A program made the position numbers and the translations under genes. Under the pieces are notes generated by a model, which was not told the origin of the DNA, ran no database searches, and saw nothing but the letters and a program-made list of their open reading frames with translations. Shown here one piece after another: positions 1 through 14,299 of a stretch of DNA of 64,000 nt; position 1 is the first letter of the stretch; each line of letters starts with the position of its first letter. The DNA is from Eledone cirrhosa (Eukaryota), in NCBI GenBank assembly GCA_964016885.1, contig OZ024743.1, positions 218,612,001 to 218,676,000 on the forward strand, read 5' to 3'.

Positions 1-1480
1 AATAAAGTATCAGTAATGTACTTGGACTAAATGATTTTACCGTCCCCCAAAACATTGTTGGCCTTGTGCTTAAATCAGAAACCACTATTAATAATAGTTG
101 TTAAACCATTCTTTCTCAGCTTTCATGGCAATAGGTGAAGAATGATGTACATACATATATATATCAAATATACACATACCAACAACTCCGTAAAATGGTT
201 GGTGATAAGAAGGGCTACTAGCTATATAGAAAACCTGCCAAACAAAAGGTTGGGTGGACTCTTTAGTTGACAACATCCTTAGTACTGGTGTCACAATGAA
301 ATGTATTTTGTAGTACAAGGGATTATATGAGTTCCGGCCTATCTAAGTTAGCCGACTGTTTGACAAAAAAAAAAAAAAATGAGGCTTCACCAATGAGAGT
401 TGAAAGTTCTTGAACAAGGAATCTTGTAGAGTTTAAAGAACTGTTTTAAAAAATTTTCTTTTTTCAGTTTTATCATTTTGGACTTTAATAGTTTCTGTTG
501 ATATACATATAGGTTTTAATAAAGCTGAAACTTTCAAAGAAGGGGGAAAGTGTAAACATGGTATAACATGTCAGTTGGACTTGTTCATTTCAATGTTTTG
601 AAGGAAGTGATAACTGGACATTATTGTAGCTGCACAGTTTATAAGAGGAAGTGGTTTACCAGATGTTTTGGATATTGGCGAAATAAAAGGGAAGTCTTGT
701 GTGGAAATCTTTTCATTAAGAAGGTATATAAATACATGCTACCCCAAAAAATATTCAGAAGAGATATGCAAAGAACCTGCATAAAAATAAAACAGGAGGC
801 TAAATGGGAATAACGAACCAGTAACAAGCTTTTACAAGACATTTTTTATATGGTTTTGAATATTTACTATACAGGTGAGTTTTGGAACTTTTTTCCATGG
901 TTGGGAACCCCTGATTTAGAGTACCAACCTTGTTGACAATCAGTCCAACTCATGCTAACAGGGAAAGTGGACGTCAAATGATGATGATGATACATAAACA
1001 TCTGTACATATAATCAAATAACTACCCATACATATCATTAACACATACACAGATATCAAACATACACACATGCTTAAAACATACACATATACATCAAATA
1101 TAGAAATAAACACAAACACAACCATATATAAATATCATACACACATACTTAATACATACACATATACATTAAATATAGACATAAAAACAAACATATATAA
1201 ATATCATTATACACACATACTTAATACATACACATATACATTAAACATGAACACACACACCCATACAGACGTATCAAACATACATGCATAACACATACAC
1301 ATGTCAAACACCAACATATATACATCAAAGATACACACATAACATATACACATATATACACACATGAATAACACATACACATATATATCAAACATTAATA
1401 CACACATATACATATCAAACATACACACATGAATAACACATACACATAAACATCAAACACCAACACATATATACAAATCA

Positions 1481-1720
1481 AACAGACACACAAACACACA
1501 TATCTATACAAATCAAACATACATACACATATACATATCAAACAGACACACAAACACACATATCTATACAAATCAAACATACATACACATATACATATCA
1601 AACAGACACACAAACACACATATCTATACAAATCAAACATACATACACATATACATATCAAACAGACACACAAACACACATATCTATACAAATCAAACAC
1701 ACATACACATATACATATCA
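1481..1720. repeat. 60-bp minisatellite, about 4 near-perfect copies, within a CA/TA-rich tract (about 1000-1755)
   Basis: Unit aacagacacacaaacacacatatctatacaaatcaaacatacatacacatatacatatca repeats in register with the 60-nt lines. Confidence 0.9.
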
Positions 1721-1755
1721 AACATACACACACACACACATATATATATATATAT

Positions 1756-2161
1756 CAGTAATAGAGAAGACCCGCCTTACCTAAATACAAAGTAAAACCT
1801 ACTACAGTCAGTAGGCATCTCTAACAAAATACACCCCCGTCCCACCTCCCCTACCCCATTCACACCGCCCCTTTCAATGTAAAGTTATGTTGGTGCCACA
1901 ACATCCAGGCCGAAACAAATGAGATCGTGTAGGTGTCCCAACAAAAAAACACACAGTCCACGCTGTAATGTGGCCGTGTAGGCAACACGGTAAAAACCTC
2001 CCAGCCCCACACTGTAAATGTGGTTGGTGTTAGGAAGGGCATCCAGCTGTAGAAAACCCGCCAGACAGTCCTATGCGAGCAATGACAACCACTCTTGCCT
2101 CAAGTGGGAAAACTCCCGTCCAAACCCATGGAACATGGACGTTAAACGATGATGATGATGA
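1756..2161 (+). mobile_element. RTE LINE family C variant, 3'-UTR-only 5'-truncated copy
   Basis: Close reverse complement of 50121-50528 and 33841-34230; ends in ggacgttaaac(gat)n; flanked by (TA)n on both sides. Confidence 0.85.
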
Positions 2162-2744
2162 TATATATATATATATATATATACATACAAATCAAACACA
2201 CACACACACATATCAAACATTCACACATATACATAAACCAACACCTATTTTAAATACCCATACCACATTATCCATTCTGTAAATGAAAACATTGAAAATA
2301 CAAAAGTAAACAGTTTAGTTTTTTTTAAATCTATTTATATTCTGGCAATCTTTTTCTTCTAGAATCTCTTCACCAAACAATAAATACCCAAGAAAAAAAA
2401 TAATAAATGGTAAAAAAATATATAGAAAAATAAAGTAAAAAAAAAAGAAAAAGAAATATTCAGAAGACTTTATTTAAATTCCAAGAATTACTTAAGTTGC
2501 AAGCTAGAATGTCCTATTGATATGCTGTTCCAACAATGCTGTGGGTTAACATATCTGGATGTATGTATATACATATATAAACATATATATATGTATATGT
2601 GTTTGTGTGACTGTATATATATATATTTATATATATATATATATATCTTTATATATGTGTATATATATATATATATATCTTTATATATGTGTATATATAT
2701 ATAGCTTTACATATGTGTATATATGTATAATATATATATATCTT

Positions 2745-2775
<31 letters not shown>

Positions 2776-3040
2776 TATATATATATTGGTATATATCAGA
2801 GCAGGAAGACAGCATTTTGGAAGAAGTTTGTTTGTCTCACCTTCCACACTTTCCCACACCTACATTTACACATTTTCTGTTTGTATTGTTTTGTTTCTCT
2901 TATATGCTTCTGAATGGAAAACATTGGGGAAAAAAATAATAACAAACAAGCAAATAAGCAAATAAATAAATAAAATAAAACCAATAATAAGCAAACAAAT
3001 AACAAAACAAAATAAAAGATATAAAATAATATATACATAC

Positions 3041-3184
3041 ATCAATGTTGTTTTTATCAATTGCACATGTAGCAATCATTGAGGTCATACAGTTGCCACC
3101 AAGACTGTCCCTTAATACAGATGTCATCATAGAATTTCTGTAAGGGATATGGGATCGATTTTTATCCGAAAGCGCAACGATTAC
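3041..3184 (-). CDS. KIF6: KIF6-like internal exon (144 nt), microtubule-binding HIPYR/LRDSLGG region
   Basis: ttctag|GTAATC...ATTGAT|gtatgt. Reads [48 protein letters not shown]. Confidence 0.96.
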
Positions 3185-3305
3185 CTAGAAGGAAAATGAA
3201 TACATAAATAAATATATATAAATATATAAATTAACTAAACACAAGTAAAAGGGAATGCAAATTTGTTTTTATATGTTACTATTTATTTATTACATTATAT
3301 GGATG

Positions 3306-3357
<52 letters not shown>

Positions 3358-3457
3358 TTGTGTGTGTGAGGTTTATATCATTATCATTATACACACACAC
3401 ATATATACATATATATATATGTGTATATATATATCCACTCACATATACATATGCACA

Positions 3458-3489
<32 letters not shown>

Positions 3490-4034
3490 TTTCCATGCTA
3501 TTTCCAATTCCATTTTTTTCTCTATAACCTCTGTTTTGTACAGAACCTTACTCCCTTTTCAAATACATATACATATTCATATACATATATATATATATAT
3601 ACACACATAGATACATGAGGACATTCGTTTTAAAACCTAAGTTCATAACACAGTTTTCAGTTTGTTCATGAAGCAGACAGTTCTAGTATTTTTCAGTAAC
3701 ATTTTCCCTGTGTCTTTAGGGGAATTTTTCTCACATTTGTTGCTTTTTAACTATTAAGTTGTATTTAAGCTGGATTTGGGGTTTTATTCTTTTTCATTTC
3801 TTTTATTTACTCTTCTGCTTTTTTTTTTTATCGAACTTGTTGTTGCTTTGATTTTGTATTATATATATTTTTGTGCATCTTTGCCCTCCTCCAATCCTCA
3901 CCACTGCCAATACCACCACCTCATCCTATTACATGTACCTCTTTTTCTTGGAATAAATGAAGGTGGGAGAGATTATGCCTCGATACACTAACTTGATGAT
4001 GTCAATGAAAGCTTTTACAACAGAAAATAAATGA

Positions 4035-4121
<87 letters not shown>

Positions 4122-4382
4122 TATATTTACATAATAAACAACACAATATAATTATTCCATTACCAAAGGTTTCAAGAAACTAGACAATCCTTACAGAAAC
4201 CAACATAAAATATAACACTCTTCTTTCCTTTACCTTTTCTATGGAAATACTTAACACACATATATCATCATCATCATCACCATTTTATGTCCGTTCTTCC
4301 ACGCTAGCATGGGTTAGACGGGTTATCCTGTTGTGGGCAGTGTCTGGTCGGCTGACCTTGTCTTGCTCATCGTATATATATG

Positions 4383-4409
<27 letters not shown>

Positions 4410-4413
<4 letters not shown>

Positions 4414-4935
4414 AGGACCATAGAATGAAACAAATCCTTCGAACACACGATATCATAAAGAGCAAAAGACAATCTAAGTCAATGAAAAACATCCTAACAC
4501 ATGCCAAAGTACTGCCAACCACAACAATGAAACCCACAGTAAAAAAATGTGATAGACCCAACTGAGGCATATGCATCAACCTAATAGAGGACTCGGAATT
4601 CTATTTCAAACAAGGACAACGTTTTATAGTAAAACACAATTTCACATGCGCATCAGAAAATCTAATATATGTATTAACTTGCTCAGGTTGTTGAGAACAA
4701 TACATAGGCCAGACTAAAAACAGCCTCCGCCAACGCAAGACTGTCCATAGATCCCAAATTAAAATACGGGAATACAGAAAAATACCACTGAGTGAACACA
4801 TTGATACCTGTGCCGCCCAAAATCATCCCAACTTTAGAATCTTTCCCCTCTACAAATTTAAAGATAATGCCACCCACACTCAGCGCATCAGCAAGGAATC
4901 TCACTTTATTAACAAATACGGACCCCGTCTAAACA
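4410..4935 (+). mobile_element. Penelope-like element 3' fragment: Cys-rich linker plus GIY-YIG endonuclease, pseudogenised
   Basis: Plus-strand reading ...KKCDRPN*GICINL...HNFTCASENLIYVLTCSGC*EQYIGQTKNSLRQRKTVHRSQIK...PLSEHIDTC...KESHFINKYGPRLN, with LIY/YIG, catalytic R and E/N; in-frame stops. The element probably extends through non-coding sequence to about 6200. Confidence 0.85.
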
Positions 4936-5404
4936 CTTCTCCCTAAGACGAACCCACAACATACACACATCAACATACATACCTACATCAGCATACATCC
5001 TACATACATTTCTATCCACATATAAACACAATGACATACGTAAACACACATGTTCTATGGTGCAACACAAATATACACAAATTTGCATACCTTTTGATGT
5101 CTATAGATATAAACTTGGCGACACACACACATATATATACGCACACATGTATTGCACACTGATGGGCACATACATATTTGTACACAAGTATTCCCATACG
5201 GCAGGGCCTAATGGGTTCCCCTTGCAGTACGTACAATCTGGACACTCACACACACCTTGGTGTTATGACAATACTATATGTCATTTCACCCCTTTTATTA
5301 TTAATGTTTTTGATGTTCTTTTGAGAGAATCGTTTTTGCAAATTACTGAAAATATCGAATAATGTACACCATTTTTACCAGTTTCACAAAAATACTGGTC
5401 CATC

Positions 5405-5440
<36 letters not shown>

Positions 5441-6202
5441 TACACACGCATACACTAACATACAAACATACACACACACACACAAACACACACTTCTCCG
5501 TATAAGACAAGAGTTGAAAAATATCTTTCAACATGTTAAAATATCCCCCACACACGTACAGACACATTCCTACTGACCGAATCCCTCTACCACGAACCAC
5601 TCTGCTACACACACACACAACACACACATATTTGTCTTAATAGACACCTGAACTGTTGACCCTTCAACATGACTGCAATTCACACACACATCCCTACTGA
5701 CAATTATCACAACAATGAACCACTTTACTACACACACACATATTTGTCTTAAAAGACTTATTTTTCAGTGACTTCTCAATCAGGCAAAAAAGGACACTCT
5801 TCGACAAACCTACATTTGGCGCAAAATCAATTTTTAACATTCACGTGACCTCTACCAACCAATCAAAATTGTTTTGACTACAAGAATTTTTGCAACACGA
5901 ATTGGCGCGAGATTTATAGTACTCATTCACATGACATTCAACAACCAACCAAATCTTAATACCTCTGGAGCCACTTTTTTCACATAAAACAGGAAGAATT
6001 TCCAAAACTGATCAGATTAGAGCAAACATCACGGGCGCTTTATCTCAAAATTATTTTTGAAAAGCATTAGAAATGCGCAACTGGTAAAAACTTAAAACTA
6101 AAACTGAATACTAACCAATACTTATTACTAATTTATACTTATTCCTAATTAAACTATTTTTTACTGGGAAAAATTTGTCAGCATTTTCTTTTCCTTTTAC
6201 TA

Positions 6203-6240
<38 letters not shown>

Positions 6241-6242
<2 letters not shown>

Positions 6243-6412
6243 AAAAGTTCATAGGCTGACTATGATAGATTAATGCTAGAGCTGTGAAATCTCACAAGCA
6301 TTAATTTCAACTCCTCTTGTTTATTTCCGGGGACTATATTGAAAAGCAAACCTCATTTGGTCATTCCATTAGTGTATCTTGATCAGCCTATGAACTCTTC
6401 AGTCATCCCTCA
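6241..6412 (+). mobile_element. Mariner-derived MITE (same family at about 50580-50750 and 55555-55752)
   Basis: Inverted termini tgaaaagttcataggctgac / tcagcctatgaactcttca; internal ggactatattgaaaa matches the mariner C-terminus seen at about 46665. Confidence 0.7.
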
Positions 6413-7049
6413 TATATAAATATATATACACTCAATCACATACACTACGAGCATTATTTCATGGTCATTTCCTTGCTAAGGCAGGGTTTGTCTTGTGGAG
6501 GAAATGGTGATAGATGTTATACTCATCATAGGGTCCTTTTTCAGACATGGAAAGCAAAGTAAAATTATATATACATACACGATTAAAAGACCCAGTCCAC
6601 ACTGCAAATGTGGTTAGGAAGGGCATCCAACCATACAGACCAACCCAGAAACAGTTCTGTATGAGCAAAACACAGTCACCGGAGGTGATGTGTCTTGCAA
6701 TGGAACAACACATCTAACCCATGTTAGTGTGGGAAAATGGACACTGAACAGTGATGATGAGGATATATATATGTGCAAAACGTCAACAAAGAAAAACAAC
6801 ACATGAGTGCAATACAGTAGAATGATGATATATATTAATTTAACACCTGATATAGTAGGAAAATAATCTCAATACTTCAGATGTTAGTCCTTGATTGAAA
6901 GAAGAAGAGATAGAAGGAAAAAGATTCTTTTCAATACAGAAGGGAAAATGTTGTACATAGAAGAGGCACAGGGGTAATCACTGGGAAGAGCATCAGTGAT
7001 ATAAATCTTTTCCAATCATATGAAGGATCCCTAGAAATAACTTCTGCTA

Positions 7050-7490
7050 TCTAGGTAACCTAATTAGCAGTGGAAGAGGGTGTTCTGAGAGCAGAATAGT
7101 TAGAATAAGGATAGGATGGACAAAGTTGAGAAGCTATACCCACTGTTGACAACAAAAGGTTTCTCCCTACGTACAAAAGGATGACTGTATGATGCCTGTG
7201 TGCGAAGTGCAATACTGCATGGTAGTGAGACATGCATAGGCTGGAGAGAAAGGAAGCAGCCATGCTTCATTGGATGCACAATGTAAATGTGAGAGATAGG
7301 CAGAGCTTGGATAAACTGAGGGATAAACTGGGTTTAAGAGGAATCAGAAGTGGTGTACAGGAGAGAAAACTGCATTGGTACGAACATGTGATGTGTATGG
7401 ATAATTATCAGTGGGTGTAATAGTGCCAGGAGAGGGAAGCCGCAGTAGAAATTGACCAAGGAAGACCTAGGAAGAGGTGGTGAGACATGT
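7050..7490 (+). pseudogene. Old degenerate RTE RT 3' fragment (similar relics at about 27770-28190 +, 30330-30870 + endonuclease, 54060-54280 -)
   Basis: LHGSET, RLERKEAAML and ERKLHWYEHVM motifs with frameshifts. Confidence 0.75.
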
Positions 7491-8033
7491 CATGTCAGAT
7501 GACCATGTCTTGCTCATACAGAACTGATTTTGACTTGGTTTCTACAGTTGAATGCCCTTCGTAATGCCAACCACATTTACAGTGTGAACTGGGTGGCTTT
7601 TATCGTGGCAGCAAGACAACCACTTTCCAGTGAGGGGTAGGCACTTTTTTGTCGTGTCACCAATATGACCACTATACCGTGTGAACTGGGAGCTTTTTGT
7701 TGTGGCACCAAAACGACCATATATATATATACTCCTTTATGAGCATTTTGGAACCAATGACAACAATAAAAATAATAAATATGAATGAAAATATAAAAAA
7801 TATAGCAGATCTCACAGTGTTACACACAGCTTTTCAGACAGCCCTGCTAGACACAACTCACATCCTTTGCAAGACTATTTCATTTCAATGTCTCAACACA
7901 TTCTTTAAACAGATTGATACTAACAGTTACATGATTGATACTAACAACACACACTACTCACAGTCTACATAACTGCCACTCATTCAATTTAAAGCAATAT
8001 TTCTATCAAAGTACAGTTGAGCATATGTATGTG

Positions 8034-10600
8034 TTCATCATCATCATCATTTTACGTCCGCTTTTCCCTGCTTGCAAGGCTGGGATGGGTCTTATTCAGC
8101 ACAGCATCTCTCCACTCGTCATGGTCCTTCGTCATCTCCACCATGAGCTTCAACGATCTGAGGTCTGTTCTCACCACCTCCGCCCATGTTTTTTGTGGTC
8201 TACCTCTACCACGTCTTCCTTCAACTGGCATTTCCTGGCACTTCTTCACCCATCGGTCATCCTCCATGCGCATCACATGTCCATACCACCTCAGTCTCCT
8301 CTCCCGTACACTACATTTTATCCCTCTCAGACACAGTTTCTCTCTCAACACATTCCTGCTGGGTCGTTCACACACATTTACACTGCAAATCCAACAGAGC
8401 ATGCTTGCCTCATTTCTCTCCAGCCGTCGCATATCCTCTGCAGTTGCTGCCCATGTCTCACTACCATGCAGCATCGCGCTCCTCACACAGGCATCATAAA
8501 ACTGGCCTTTCATACGCAGGGAGAAACCCTTCTTCGTCAGCAGAGGAAGCAGCTCCCTAAACTTCTTCCAACCCATCCTTATTCTAGATACTATGGCCTC
8601 GGAACACCCTCCTCCCATGCTAATCTGATCTCCTAGGTACCGGAAGCTATCCACCACTTCTATAGCGCCCTCTTGCATTTGAAAAATGTGTCTATCAGTG
8701 CGACTTCTACTGTCTAATTTCCCTGTACATCTATTGCATACATATTTCTCCCTACCTGTTAGTTTGCCTGTTATCCCGCTACATCTCTTGTGTACCCAGG
8801 ATCTGCATTGTGTGCATTTTATAGAATGTATGCCAGTTCCTTTTCTACATATCAAACATGGCCATTTCTCTGACAGAATCAGAGTTTTGTCCTCTTTTCT
8901 ACTCATCAACACTTTTGTCTTAGCTAGGATCATCTCAGTCCTCTTGCTTCCAACTGTTGTTTCCATAGGCAGAATTTATTCTCTAGCTCCTCTACTGATT
9001 CTGCTGGAAGAACCAGTTCGTCAGCATAGAGAAGTTCACATGGACAGCCAGTCTTAAACTCCTCTGTTATGGCTTGGAGGACTATAATGAACAAGAGCGG
9101 GCTGAGGACCGAACCTTGATGTACTCCTACTTGTATCTGGAATTCCTCACTAAACTCCATTCTTACCCTGACTTTACTGAGAGTACCTCTCTACAAAGTT
9201 TGCACTGTCCTCACAAGCCATTCCTCAACACCTAACTTCCTTAGGGACCACCAGATGACAAATCGGGGTACCCTATCAAAGGCCCTCTCTAGGTCAACAA
9301 AGGCTAAGTATAGTGGCTTATTTTTCTCTAAGAACTTCTCTTGCAATTGTCTCACCAAGAAGAGGGCATCTGTTGTACTCTTCCCAGGCACAAAACCAAA
9401 CTGCATCTCATCTAGTTTGACCCTTTCTCTAATTAGTTGTGCTAATATCCTTTCTGCCACTTTCATAACCTGATCCATCAGTTTTATACCCCTATAATTG
9501 CTCCTCTCCAGAGCATCCCCTTCACCTTTGTAGCAATTTATGAGAATACTGCTGCACCAGTCTTTGGGTATGACACCACCATATATAGCCTGATTGATGA
9601 TGCGTGCAACCAGTTTAGTGCCTACGTCCCCTGATGCCTTCAGCAATCTCAGCAACTATTCCCGATGGTCCAGCAGCCTTACCATTTTTCATTTCCTTAA
9701 TTGCCTCTTGGACCCTAAATTCGTCAATCTCAATAGCTGGTCCCTCTGTCGGATCTACTAAGGGTAATTTATCTTTCTCCCAATCGTTCTCCACATTCTT
9801 CAGTCTCTCATAATGACATTTCCAGGCCTCCTTTTTCTGATCATTCGTGACCTAAGTACACCGGCATCATCCCGGACACATTTATCTCCAACAACATCCT
9901 GATTTGCATTGACACACTGCCTTGCAATGTGGAACACCGCACGCCTCTGATCTATTAGGTGATTGGCAGGTTTCTGGAAGTTTGTGCTGCAAATAGTCAA
10001 TGTACATGCATCACAAAATTCAAGAAGTCTCACTCCTTCTTCATTTCTTGAGCCGTAACCGTGCCCACCATGTACCCCAGTGTAACCATCCTGGAGCTGT
10101 CCAACATGACCATTGAAGTCTCCTGCTAGCATAACGATGTCTCCGTCCTCTGTCATTGCAGTTGTTTGTAAAAGTTGCTCGTAAAAGCAGTCTTTCTCTT
10201 CTTTGACTAGGCCTGCTTGGGGAGCATAGGCAGAGATGATTGTCAGTAGTCTCCTGCCTACAACTAATCTAAGCTTAATTATTCGATTACTAACTCAAAC
10301 TACCTCTATTGTCTTATTGATCCATCTCTCAGCCAGGAAAATGCCTACTCCCCCTAACCCATCATCCTTACCTACCCAGAAAAGCTTATAGTTAAGACGT
10401 TTGCCTACGACTAGTCTCGCAGAGGCACCTCTCCATCTCACCGTTTGCACGCAGCACACATCCACATGCCTTCTCTCCAGCATCTCCGGTATTTCAGCAG
10501 ATCTACCTCTGAGAGTGCCAACATTAAGTGTTGCAACTCTGAGATGTGACGTCTTCATACTTTGTTGTTGTTCCTATTTGTTGCTGTGCTGTTAAGCGTT
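8034..10600 (-). mobile_element. RTE-clade LINE family A, near full length, frameshifted, internal deletion
   Basis: APE endonuclease (LNVGTL, VCCVQTVRW, GDFNGHVG), RT (NYRGIKL, QFGF, FVDLERAFD, QGSVLSP, YADE), RLRWYGHV and RGRGRP; (TGA)n tail on the minus strand. Confidence 0.93.
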
Positions 10601-11501
10601 TTGGGTTATATAATGAAACCAATGATAGGAAAGGCATCAAACCATAGAAAAAAATAGGTGTTAGGAAGAGCATCGAGCCATGGAAAACTTATGAAACATA
10701 GGGTGGAGAGAACTCTTAGTTGTATCAAAGACATAACATTCATGGTGTTCATACAACAATAAAATGCACCAAACAAAATGCAGGACCCCAGCCAATCTCA
10801 GAGGTCAATAGCTCTAATGAAGGACTAATTTGGTCTGTAATGATACACCCAACCCATAACAGAATGGAAGAATGGATTCTATATGATGACAATGATGATA
10901 ATTGTTTCTACTTTTGGCACAAGACCAGCAATTACCCAGTGCATTACTGGTACACAGTAAATATTTCTGCCATAATTTATTCAAAGCATAATTTTCTAAA
11001 CAATTTCATGAGTATTAACTTTCTCCTCAACTCTACATAGATATCAAATATTTACAAATTATACAGTTCCTTAAGCTGATATCAATTTTACAGGGATTTT
11101 TCTTCTGTTTTCTAGTATACATAAATATTTCACTTTTTTTAAATTTTATATATACATAAAAAGCACCCAGCCCACACTGGAAAGTTGACATGTAGGCACC
11201 ATGGAAAAAAAGCACCCAGCACTCACTGTAAATGAGATTGGTGTTAGGAAGGGCATCCAGCTGTAGAAATCAAGCCAGAATCAGTTCTCCTCTTTGGATT
11301 TTAGTCTTCAAATTTATTATTATTATACTGGGTAATTGCTGGCCTTGTGCCTAAAGTAGAAACAATTATATATATATATATATATAATAATAAATTTGAA
11401 GACTAAAATCCAAAGAGGGCTCGATAAGGATAGAACCGGCAGAAGATCCCATTAAGGGTGAAAGCACCAATTCTTTGCTTAAACTTTAATCTGTTATTTT
11501 A

Positions 11502-11547
<46 letters not shown>

Positions 11548-11810
11548 TGGGTGATGTGTTGTTTCCTTGAGCAGGACACTTTATTTCACATTGCTCCAGT
11601 TTACTCAGCTGTAGAAATGAGATGATAGGGACAGGGGTCCTTATCATTCCACTGTAAAGTGGTCGTGGAGGTGCCATGGCAAAAAAGCACCCAGCACTCA
11701 CTGTAAATGAGGTTGGTGTTAGGAATGGCATCCAGCTGTAGAAATCAAACCAGAATCAGTTTCCATCCCACCTTTGCAAGCAGGGAAAAGCAGACGTAAA
11801 ATGATGATGA
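11548..11810 (+). mobile_element. SINE-A (CORE-type), 5'-truncated
   Basis: Matches 45620-45900; preceded and followed by (TA)n. Confidence 0.85.
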
Positions 11811-11991
11811 CATATATATATACACACACATAGCAACATCATCAATCAACATTCATTTGACCTGCTATATAAATAGATAGATTAATATCATATATATACA
11901 TACACACACATATGCCCAACCCTTGCTATTAAGGAAAGCCGACATCAAATGATGATGATGGTGATTTATGTATTTACATTAATGTACACAC

Positions 11992-11994
<3 letters not shown>

Positions 11995-12071
<77 letters not shown>

Positions 12072-12108
12072 GTATGTATATATATATATGTATATATATA
12101 TGTATATG

Positions 12109-12176
<68 letters not shown>

Positions 12177-12197
12177 CATATGTATATATATATATAC

Positions 12198-12261
<64 letters not shown>

Positions 12262-12275
12262 GTATATATATGTAC

Positions 12276-12338
<63 letters not shown>

Positions 12339-12340
12339 CA
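11995..12340. repeat. (TA)n/(TATG) microsatellite
   Basis: Direct inspection. Confidence 0.95.
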
Positions 12341-13185
12341 TCAATGAAAGAAAAAAGACTGAAATGAAAATTTGAATTGTAAAATTTCTCTGGTAAAACA
12401 GTAGAACATTAAAGGTTACAACCATAATGTGTTATCTCTTAATAGATCAAACCCTGATCAGAAAATAGAAAACTGCTGTTGATATTTATCTTTTATATAC
12501 ATATATCATCATCACCCTTAGCATCATCACGTTTATATCTACTTTTCCAAACCGGCACTGGTTGGAAGAGACTTATTTAGTCAGTTTTCAATGGCCTGAT
12601 ACCCTTTCTTATGCCAAACTTTATTCTTAAACCCCTTGTTGCCAACCCAGCCAATATCCAGCCCTGATTCTATGAAATAAATCACCCATTTTAAAGATAT
12701 CCAATTTAAATTAAAATCTTCCAACATAATTCTATATAAGAACCTTACATTAAGTTATTATTTTGGTTAACTTTGTCTTTCATCCTTACGGGGTCGATAA
12801 AATAAAGTACCAGTAATGCACTGGGGTAATTGCTGGCCTTGTGCCAAAAGTAGAGACAATTATTTTGGTAATGAAATAATTGATAATTTTAGTAAACCCC
12901 TCAAAATTCTTCATTAATTAATTGAAATAGAGTGCATTTCATTAGAAATATGGTCATGAAAGGGTTAACAGTAGGATGCCCTTCCTATCACCAGCCACTT
13001 TACAAAGTGTATTGGGTGTATTTTTCATGCCGCCAACACTAGAGAAGTTGTTGATCATTTCTTTAAAAATGGTGCTGTCTCTTCCCCATGGTTGGGAGAA
13101 CAGTATGTGGTCAAGGTGTATGGTAAGTATGGTGAGATTTAACAAAGTGATGATTGTGATGGGAAATACATACACATGAACACAT

Positions 13186-13243
<58 letters not shown>

Positions 13244-14299
13244 GTGTGTGTTTAATGGTAGCTATGATGCTTCCATAGGTGGTATGCCAGTTGAGCACTT
13301 TATGTTCTTACAGAGCAGAGTGTGATATAATATAAAACGAAAAATCAGTGATGCATCTGGACTCAATTTATTGTGTGTTACAATTGTTTTGCCGGCAGAT
13401 AGCTCGAGACAGGATCATTGTATGGATCTGTCTGATTCTAGATCTGCTGGTTCTTCGGACACATGTAATACTTTCGGAACAAATTTTCTCACTATATATA
13501 TATATCATCATCACCGTTTTACGTCTGTTCTTCCATGGTAGCATGGGTTAGACGGGTTGTCCTGTTGTGGGCAGTGTCTGGTCGGCTGACCATGCCTTGC
13601 TCATACAGGACTGATTTTGGTTTGATTTCTACAGCTGGATGCCCTTCCTAACACCAACCCCATTTACAGTGAGTGCTGGGTGCTTTTTTCGTGGCGCCTA
13701 CACGTCCACTTTACAGTGTGGGCTGGGTGCTTTTACACAATTATATGTATTATATATATATACTGTATATACATATAACTATAGCTTATCATCATCACCA
13801 ACATCATTACCATTTAACGTCTATTTTCCAATATATAATGCTCATAAAATGATGATGATGACGCAACTGTATATCTTTTACATATATGAGAAATATAAAA
13901 TTCATTTTGAAAAATCGATAAAACCAGTGCATTTGAAGAGAAAACAACTTATGGCATTTACTCTATTCAAGACAATGTTGTCAGTCTTGCTATTGGTAAT
14001 GCAGGGTACCAGTGATTGGCCCGCTGGAAATGGCGCTATATAACCAATCACACTATTGTTCGCAAAAAAAACTAAAAAAAACTATGATATAAAATTGAAA
14101 AAGAATAAAAATAAAATAAAAATAAAAATAACAAAATTAATGTGTGCAGACTTTCATGTACAGAAAATCAATCATTGAAAACAATTATAAATCATTGATA
14201 CACAACAACACAGTAACTCGTTTCTGTCAGTCTTATCTTGGCAAGTCTCTATGAAGTCTCAACTGAACATAATATAATGTGCCTGAGATACTTTGAATG

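Noticed and set aside
500-915. Possible hAT transposase relic ending in ggttgggaacccctg
   Set aside because: Only one TIR-like end and no translatable motif I can support.
7935-8636. 233-aa ORF and similar antisense ORFs over the LINEs (e.g. 32058-32756, 44889-45608, 61284-61895)
   Set aside because: Shadow frames on the strand opposite the RT coding sequence.
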